Below are positions 9,600-15,422 of a stretch of DNA of 64,000 nt, piece by piece. How positions within the stretch are numbered: the stretch's first letter is position 1; each line of letters starts with the position of its first letter. A program made the position numbers and the translations under genes. Under the pieces are notes generated by a model. The model saw only the letters and a list, made by a program, of their open reading frames with translations. It did not search any database and was not told the origin of the DNA. This DNA comes from Thermoplasmatota archaeon. GTDB taxonomy: Archaea > Thermoplasmatota > JAKEGO01. Location of the stretch: assembly GCA_028279595.1 (NCBI GenBank), contig JANQNK010000001.1, positions 69,016 through 133,015 of the forward strand, in the 5' to 3' direction.

Positions 9600-10470
9600 A
9601 TCTACGGGTGCTGAGTGCACCCCATCCCAACTTCTCATAATGCTCAGGGCATATAAACCTTTCCTATGAAATTCTAAGGAAAACGGCAATTCTTTTATAT
9701 AAGAAGTTAAAACTCGGGCGAAAAGTGGTCAAACCGTCATTTCCGGTGGAATCTACTTATGAAATGGCTTGTCGAATTATCAATTTCAGTCTTCTCTACC
9801 CTGAAATTGCATGAACTTGAATAGATATCAAGGGTCATGCCAGTGGAAATTTCTGAATATCGGGCAATTGAATATGCGACAAATTTGTCCATATCAATAA
9901 TTGATAAACAATTTCAGTCTGCTGATACCTTACAGATTAAAGCCAATTGGTTAATCCTTGCATCAGCTTTGATCGCCTCTCTACTCAGTATCCAACAATT
10001 ACCAAATTCATTTCAACCTCACGTCACATTTTTCTCATTTTCAATCGTTGCCTTGATTTCCTCTATTATCCTCTCACTTCTTGCATCCTTTGGGTTCAGA
10101 TTCAAGTATATAATCCATCCAGAATCATTATGGGAACACGTCGATAGAAATGAATCGCTTGAGGAATTACAACTCCAGGTAATAGCAAATATTATCGACT
10201 CGTATGAAAAGAACCGGGTTAGCTTATTCAGACGAGACAGATACATTTCATATTCAATCATTGCTTACGTTTTCGCACTCTTATCGATGGGTTTATACTT
10301 GCTCGTTCCAATAATAGTGATAGCATGAAAAAGAAAAAGAACTCCATCCTACCTCAGGCAGATACAAAGCGTAGCTCAGAACTCATGAAAGCCGAAAGTA
10401 AGGATGATTAGATATGACATGAATTGACCTTTATTTTCTGCGATCATTAGTGAAATCTGTAAAATCTTAT
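9600..10470. other. AT-rich accessory islet
   Basis: Visibly lower GC than both flanks. Contains one 3-TM ORF plus a coupled micro-ORF. Confidence 0.5.
9837..10328 (+). CDS. small 3-TM membrane protein in the AT-rich islet
   Basis: N-terminal soluble helix ending in SADTLQIKANWLILASALIASLL, then a TM hairpin, a charged helical segment and a third TM. This architecture resembles small membrane effector families such as PycTM/SLATT; that resemblance is unverified. Confidence 0.5.
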   Translation: MPVEISEYRAIEYATNLSISIIDKQFQSADTLQIKANWLILASALIASLLSIQQLPNSFQPHVTFFSFSIVALISSIILSLLASFGFRFKYIIHPESLWEHVDRNESLEELQLQVIANIIDSYEKNRVSLFRRDRYISYSIIAYVFALLSMGLYLLVPIIVIA

Positions 10471-10496
10471 ATACCGACTTCAGCCTTCCTCACAGT

Positions 10497-11279
10497 ATGT
10501 TGAGGCCCAGGCCGACCACCATTCTCCAGAGGAAGGGCGAAGGCAAGGACATGGTCACGTTCACCCTGGACTACAGGGTCAAGGCCAAGCCGGGGAACTT
10601 CCTGATGATCTGGCTCCCCTACGACAGCAATGGTGAGAGGAACGACGAGATATCCGACGAGGTCCCGATGAGCATATCGAAGATCCGGAAAGCGAACCTG
10701 TCGTTCACCGTCAAGGCCGTCGGCCCGACCACTAGCGAAATGATCAAATTGAAGCCAGGCGACAAGGTGGGCGTCTCCGGTCCGTTCGGGAACAACTTCT
10801 CGGTGGAGGAGCGCAAGTCCTTGCTCGTCGGTGGCGGCGTCGGCACGGCACCGCTTATGCCAGTATATCGGCGAATGGTCGCCAGGGGCATAGATCACAA
10901 GTTCATAATCGGCGGAGCCACACGGGAGGACATCCCGTACCTGACCGTCCTTCGGGCCCAGGAGGACACCCACGTCTCGACGGAGGACGGCTCCCTCGGG
11001 ACCCACGGGAACGTGCTCCACGTAATGGAGGATTTCGAACTCGCGGACTTCGACGTCCTGTACAGCTGCGGTCCCATGCCCATGCTCAGGGCGATCTGGG
11101 ATATCGTCAAGGACATCGACATAGACGTCGAGATGAGCCTGGAGTCCTATCTCAGGTGCGGCCGCGGCCTCTGCGGCTCGTGCGCCAGGGGCAAGTACAG
11201 GATCTGCAAAGAGGGGCCTGTCTTTAACAGGAAGATGCTGGAGGAGGTAGGATTCCCGAAACCGGTAAGCGAAGAGTGA
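10497..11279 (+). CDS. PyrK-like FAD/NAD(P)-binding oxidoreductase with C-terminal 2Fe-2S cluster (dihydroorotate dehydrogenase electron-transfer subunit family)
   Basis: KPGNFLMIW, PGDKVGVSGPFGN, LVGGGVGTAPL and the C-terminal CGRGLCGSCA...C cluster motif. TATA-like CTTATATA about 25 nt upstream of the ATG. No pyrD or gltD partner in the window. Confidence 0.75.
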   Translation: MLRPRPTTILQRKGEGKDMVTFTLDYRVKAKPGNFLMIWLPYDSNGERNDEISDEVPMSISKIRKANLSFTVKAVGPTTSEMIKLKPGDKVGVSGPFGNNFSVEERKSLLVGGGVGTAPLMPVYRRMVARGIDHKFIIGGATREDIPYLTVLRAQEDTHVSTEDGSLGTHGNVLHVMEDFELADFDVLYSCGPMPMLRAIWDIVKDIDIDVEMSLESYLRCGRGLCGSCARGKYRICKEGPVFNRKMLEEVGFPKPVSEE

Positions 11280-11683
11280 GGAAGGGCAAGAAGAAGGAAG
11301 GCCCCTACGGTCTCCCGATGGTCCTCGCCAGAAAGGTTCCGGTCAGGGTTCCGGTCAAGACCGAGGTCCAGGACGACGAGACCGTTGTACTGATCTATCC
11401 GAAGGTATTCACCCGTCTGGAAGGCTGGATATTCCGTCGCGTCGGAGGGGTCTCCGACATCCGCAGACCGCTCGACGAGATGGGCACGGACATCTGGAAC
11501 CTCTGCGACGGTGAACACAACGTCGGAGAGATCTGCAAGATCATGCACGAGAAGTACGGGGAGGACCTCGAGCCTGTAGCACCCCGTTGCTGGACCTTCG
11601 TCAAGATGCTCTCGGACAGGAACCTCGTGCTCATCCTCCACAAGAAGGTCCCCCTGGAGAAGAAGGAGGAGAATGATGAGTGA
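11276..11683 (+). CDS. PqqD-family (RiPP-recognition-element-like) protein
   Basis: LDEMGTDIWNLCDGEHNVGEICKIMHEKYGEDLEPVAPRCWTFVKMLSDRNLV matches the PqqD pattern. GTGA overlap with the upstream gene; ATG at 11318 is an alternative start. Confidence 0.65.
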   Translation: MRKGKKKEGPYGLPMVLARKVPVRVPVKTEVQDDETVVLIYPKVFTRLEGWIFRRVGGVSDIRRPLDEMGTDIWNLCDGEHNVGEICKIMHEKYGEDLEPVAPRCWTFVKMLSDRNLVLILHKKVPLEKKEENDE

Positions 11684-11837
11684 GGAGGAGACGGTTCTCC
11701 TGTGTCCTCACTGTCTGAAGTCCAATCTGAAGGTCGTCGGCGGTTTCATGGGGACTCAATACCTCTGCAAGGATTGTGGGTATCAGGGTGCCTTGATCCT
11801 CGAGGTCGACGAGAAGGATGTTCCAGATCAGGATTGA
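11673..11837 (+). CDS. 54-aa zinc-ribbon protein (not in ORF track)
   Basis: MMSEEETVLLCPHCLKSNLKVVGGFMGTQYLCKDCGYQGALILEVDEKDVPDQD, with CxxC-x17-CxxC. The ATG overlaps the PqqD-like stop by 11 nt, suggesting translational coupling. Confidence 0.5.
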   Translation: MMSEEETVLLCPHCLKSNLKVVGGFMGTQYLCKDCGYQGALILEVDEKDVPDQD

Positions 11838-14425
11838 AGCTGTTTTAATTGGTCAGAGTATTGTTTCAATCTTCGCTTATCTCCACTTATAGAATAGAGG
11901 TTACATTTCTCTTCGAAAACTAGTTCAAGTGCTTTTTCATCATTAAGCTCACGAGCAATCTCTTCACCCATATTAAGAAATCGCTCTGCTATCTGATAAT
12001 CTCCTCTCATTGCGTAAAATGACCCATAACCAACCTTTGAATATATGAATCCTGAGGCAAAATGGACGTTGTAAAAGGTTCTCGTACTCTCCTTTAGATA
12101 TTCTAATGCCTTAGAAAAATCGCTTGATTCAATATAAACGCTGGCCAAATTATATTGCATTACTGCAGTTAACCGATAGTTACCTGTTGATAATCCTATC
12201 TCAATCCCGCGAATCCAATTTCGTTTCGCAGAATGCAAATCACCCTGTCTGTAATATAAACGTCCAACATAGTTCAATGCCTCTGCAAGATTGTATAATG
12301 CCCCTTCCTCTTCGAAAATTCGTGCAGCTTCAAGTGCACAATTGAGGTTTTCGTCAGTTATGAAACTTCTTGCCATCAGGACCTTTCCCTCAAGAATATT
12401 ATCCTTCTCTCCTTTTGCGAGAACAATGGCTTCTTTAAAGGCATCTTCACCTTGATCCTTCTTCCCCAATCGTGTGAACGCTTTCCCCTTCCAATGTAAC
12501 GCCTCTGCCCTATTCATAGGAGTAACAAATTCATTGTCAACTATTATTTCATCCATCATAGCAATACATTTGTCAAATTGCCCCTCGTAATAATATCCAC
12601 GTCCAATGATCATTTTACCCTTATATTTGAACTTATCATATTCGGATAGACTGTTGGACTCGATACTTTTAATAATTTCTTTAGTTTCATGATATTCTCC
12701 TAAGGATAAATGTGTTTCTAATCTGAATATATTGAAACGAGATAACCACTCAAGATCAATAACATCAACAAAATTCTCGATTATCTCCTGTATTTCACCC
12801 ACATATCCGTATTCAATAAATCGCGGTAAGAATTCATTTAACAATTCTATACCTTTTGAAAAGGATTTTCCATACATGTAGTGATAAAATGCTTCAACCT
12901 GATCTTCGAATCGAGATTCAGATAATGATTTAGCTGCTTCTATGTGAAGATCTCTCCTCATTGACTCAGGAATTCCTTCATAAATAACTCCACGAATCAT
13001 ATCGTGAAGAGCTATTTCACTACCTGTTTCAGCGATTAAAGATAGTGAAATTAATCGGAATAATATATCAATATCTTCTTCCGTTCTTGTAATTAAATCA
13101 ATGCTAATTGGTTTTCTATAAACTGCAACTTTACGGAGAAATGAACGCAAATCCGGAGAGAGATTATTCATAATCTCATCTTTTACATACGTTGATAAAT
13201 TCGAAGCCCCATCGAGTCCATCTGTCCCCCCTATTAGATCGATGGCAAGCGGATGGCCCCCAGTCACTTGATAGATTGTTGGATAATGAGAAGGATCAAT
13301 AATCCCTCTCTCCTCTAGCAGAGACTTCATTGAGGTGTAATCAATGCCACCAAGATGCATCTCATAAACCTTTTTTTCTGCGATCACGTCTTTTTGACCA
13401 TAGAATTCCGGACTCAACCTAGAAAGAACGCACATATGAAGGTCATCGGAACTCGATACAATTGTGAATATCATACTGATAAGTCGTTTGGTATCCTCAT
13501 TCGCTTTTTGATAGTCGTCGAATACGATAATAACATTTTCTCCGCTGAGATCTTCAGAAATAATTTGATGTACCTCCCAGAGGTCAAAGTGCTGTATCCC
13601 ATCTACATCTCCGTCGTGTAATCCAGCCTTGAGATAATCCATGAGTCGAGCCTTATTAATATCATTTAGAAACTTCGATAGGACGACTAATATACTTCGT
13701 GCAGAGTCCCATTCATGTATCGGGTAATAAATCGTTTCATAACCATAATAGGTGGATAAAAAACTCGATATTAATGACGTTTTCCCCATTCCAGGAAGGC
13801 CAATTATTACTATTGTGTTAGGTCCATTATCGATGAGATCTTCAAGGAGTCCCAACTCATTCTCACGCCCAACAATTTTGATTTCAGGTAAAGAAATATG
13901 GTGATTGATACGGCCAATTTCATCTATGACGGATTTTAAAGATATATTCTCAATAAGGTCTCCTTCAGTAACGATATTAGAGAATACTTTCTCAAACCTA
14001 ATAAAAAATTCAAATGTAGGAATTTCCGCTCCATATATCCTGTAAATCTGAGAAAAAGTCATGTGCTCTAGTGTTCCATCTTTTAATATTTGGAATTCCT
14101 CGTTATTTACTCTGGACGCGACTTCGTTCGCTACTGTATACCCTTCTGTTGATAAGAAATATACAAATCGAACGCGGCGCCCCCCCTCAATATTTGACTT
14201 TTTTTGCTCCACAAGGTTCATATGACGCAACTCTTTCAAAGCCCTTGAAGCATGATTCCATCGAATGCCGACCGATTCTGCAATACCTTCTTGGGTGATA
14301 TCATGAGGAAGACTTTTTACCACAAACTCCGCATCCATATCTATGGGGTCCAACATATTATCGATCGGGAAATCCAAGAGGAAGAACAAGACACGGTCCT
14401 TTACCGTTAGCTCTTCGAATGTCAT
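11828..14425 (-). CDS. STAND NTPase: N-terminal wHTH, NB-ARC-type ATPase, C-terminal TPR array (STAND-1)
   Basis: wHTH ITQEGIAESVGIRWNHASRALKELRHMNLVEQ. Walker A GLPGMGKTS, Walker B IIVFDDYQ, NB-ARC GxP motif TGGHPLAI. About 350 aa of TPR-like repeats. Gene is AT-rich. TATA-like TTTTATATATTAAAAG upstream of the ATG. Confidence 0.8.
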   Translation of the reverse strand: MTFEELTVKDRVLFFLLDFPIDNMLDPIDMDAEFVVKSLPHDITQEGIAESVGIRWNHASRALKELRHMNLVEQKKSNIEGGRRVRFVYFLSTEGYTVANEVASRVNNEEFQILKDGTLEHMTFSQIYRIYGAEIPTFEFFIRFEKVFSNIVTEGDLIENISLKSVIDEIGRINHHISLPEIKIVGRENELGLLEDLIDNGPNTIVIIGLPGMGKTSLISSFLSTYYGYETIYYPIHEWDSARSILVVLSKFLNDINKARLMDYLKAGLHDGDVDGIQHFDLWEVHQIISEDLSGENVIIVFDDYQKANEDTKRLISMIFTIVSSSDDLHMCVLSRLSPEFYGQKDVIAEKKVYEMHLGGIDYTSMKSLLEERGIIDPSHYPTIYQVTGGHPLAIDLIGGTDGLDGASNLSTYVKDEIMNNLSPDLRSFLRKVAVYRKPISIDLITRTEEDIDILFRLISLSLIAETGSEIALHDMIRGVIYEGIPESMRRDLHIEAAKSLSESRFEDQVEAFYHYMYGKSFSKGIELLNEFLPRFIEYGYVGEIQEIIENFVDVIDLEWLSRFNIFRLETHLSLGEYHETKEIIKSIESNSLSEYDKFKYKGKMIIGRGYYYEGQFDKCIAMMDEIIVDNEFVTPMNRAEALHWKGKAFTRLGKKDQGEDAFKEAIVLAKGEKDNILEGKVLMARSFITDENLNCALEAARIFEEEGALYNLAEALNYVGRLYYRQGDLHSAKRNWIRGIEIGLSTGNYRLTAVMQYNLASVYIESSDFSKALEYLKESTRTFYNVHFASGFIYSKVGYGSFYAMRGDYQIAERFLNMGEEIARELNDEKALELVFEEKCNLYSISGDKRRLKQYSDQLKQLQS

Positions 14426-14573
14426 GATTGCTGTATGTTTCTTTTAATATATAAAATTTCCTTAAGTAAGATATAAATTACGCTATGTAATTTAGTACAA
14501 GCCGAAACACCGCATTTTCCTATCCAGATAATAGATTTTTCGACCTTTGGGGGGGGGAGGAGGTGTAAGACAT

Positions 14574-14636
14574 ATGCCAGGAAAGTATGGACTACTCGTA
14601 AGAATGGAAAGCTTGAAAGAGATCGGGAGGAACTGA
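14574..14636 (+). CDS. micro-ORF A, 20 aa (MPGKYGLLVRMESLKEIGRN)
   Basis: Preceded by a G9 run plus GGAGGAGGTG SD, 8 nt before the ATG. Paralogous to micro-ORF B, with conserved residues encoded by different synonymous codons. Its stop overlaps the SD of the next gene. Confidence 0.5.
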   Translation: MPGKYGLLVRMESLKEIGRN

Positions 14637-14649
14637 GGGGGTTTTGCTT

Positions 14650-15345
14650 ATGAATGGTAGAATACTCGCTACTATAGCATTGACCAGCCTCCTTGTGTTG
14701 TCGTTGACTGTGATCGCGACGCCGCCCGAGGCGAAGAGGTGGGCGCTCATTGTGGCGCCTGAGCATGAAGGTGGAACGGTATACGAGGATGCCCTCGATA
14801 TGTACGACTATCTGAAGGATGAGGGATGGACCGATGATGAGATTATCTTCCTGACCGATGGATCCGAGGAGAGTTTCGTTGATGGTGACGCATCGGCTGA
14901 AGAGATATACGCAGCTTTCAGTCATCTTGCATTAAACGTCAATTCCATCGACACTGTTGTGATTGTCTTAGGTGACAATGGGGCATTCGGAACTGAAGAT
15001 TTCTATCTCATCTCATCTGACGATATTCAGATCTCGAGTTGGGATATTGGTCTTCAGCTTGACGCAATAAATACCCAGGATATGGCTGTTGTTGTCTCGT
15101 TTGACTATTCCGGTGGCTTCATCGACAACCTCGCGGGCAACGACCGTCTGGTACTAACCAGCCACGGTATTGAGTCCACGTCAAGCAACGCCTACAATCT
15201 TGCGGATGGTCTGACAGAAGAGGATGCAGACGCGAACGAAGATGGTGTCGTCTCATTCGAAGAGGCACATAGCTGGGTAGCTGAAGAGATCAGTGGACAG
15301 TCTCCCCAGATAAGTGACAACATCTACGGAGAATTCACGATCTGA
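14650..15345 (+). CDS. secreted legumain/peptidase-C13-fold protein lacking catalytic His and Cys (pseudo-peptidase)
   Basis: Signal-like N-terminus ILATIALTSLLVLSLTVIA. KRWALIVA...YDYLKDEGWTDDEIIFLTD aligns by eye to legumain KHWVVIVAG...IPDEQIVVMMYDD. VIVLGDNGAFG sits at the FTDHGSTG position and VVVSFDYSGGF at the YIEACESGS position. The protein has no Cys. EF-hand-like DANEDGVVSFEEA near the C-terminus. SD GAGGGGG 8 nt upstream of ATG 14650; the ORF track uses TTG 14644. Confidence 0.7.
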   Translation: MNGRILATIALTSLLVLSLTVIATPPEAKRWALIVAPEHEGGTVYEDALDMYDYLKDEGWTDDEIIFLTDGSEESFVDGDASAEEIYAAFSHLALNVNSIDTVVIVLGDNGAFGTEDFYLISSDDIQISSWDIGLQLDAINTQDMAVVVSFDYSGGFIDNLAGNDRLVLTSHGIESTSSNAYNLADGLTEEDADANEDGVVSFEEAHSWVAEEISGQSPQISDNIYGEFTI

Positions 15346-15351
15346 GGTGAT

Positions 15352-15417
15352 ATGGTGAAGGGTAAGTATTCACATCTCGTGCATGCTGAGACTCTGAAGG
15401 AACTCGGCCTCAAGTGA
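15352..15417 (+). CDS. micro-ORF B, 21 aa (MVKGKYSHLVHAETLKELGLK)
   Basis: SD GAGGTGAT overlaps the stop of the C13-like gene. Paralog of micro-ORF A. Its stop lies inside the convergent hairpin shared with STAND-2. Confidence 0.5.
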   Translation: MVKGKYSHLVHAETLKELGLK

Positions 15418-15422
15418 GGCCG
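15405..15422. terminator. 7-bp stem / 4-nt loop hairpin containing the stop codons of both convergent genes
   Basis: cggcctc aagt gaggccg. Perfect stem, T-rich run follows on the plus strand. Confidence 0.45.

Noticed and set aside
10369-10379. GCGTAGCTCAG, resembling a tRNA 5' acceptor/D-arm and so a possible att remnant at the edge of the AT-rich islet.
   Set aside because: Only about 11 nt match. No remaining cloverleaf, no matching full tRNA in the window, and it sits inside the coupled 28-codon ORF. The evidence is insufficient.
10428-10446. A motif of about 19 nt, ACCTTT(A)TTTTCTGCGATCA, repeated at 13368-13386. Considered as direct repeats flanking an insertion.
   Set aside because: The second copy is inside the STAND-1 coding sequence. 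The interval between the copies contains GC-rich backbone-like genes, and the motif is T-rich and low in complexity. Most likely chance.
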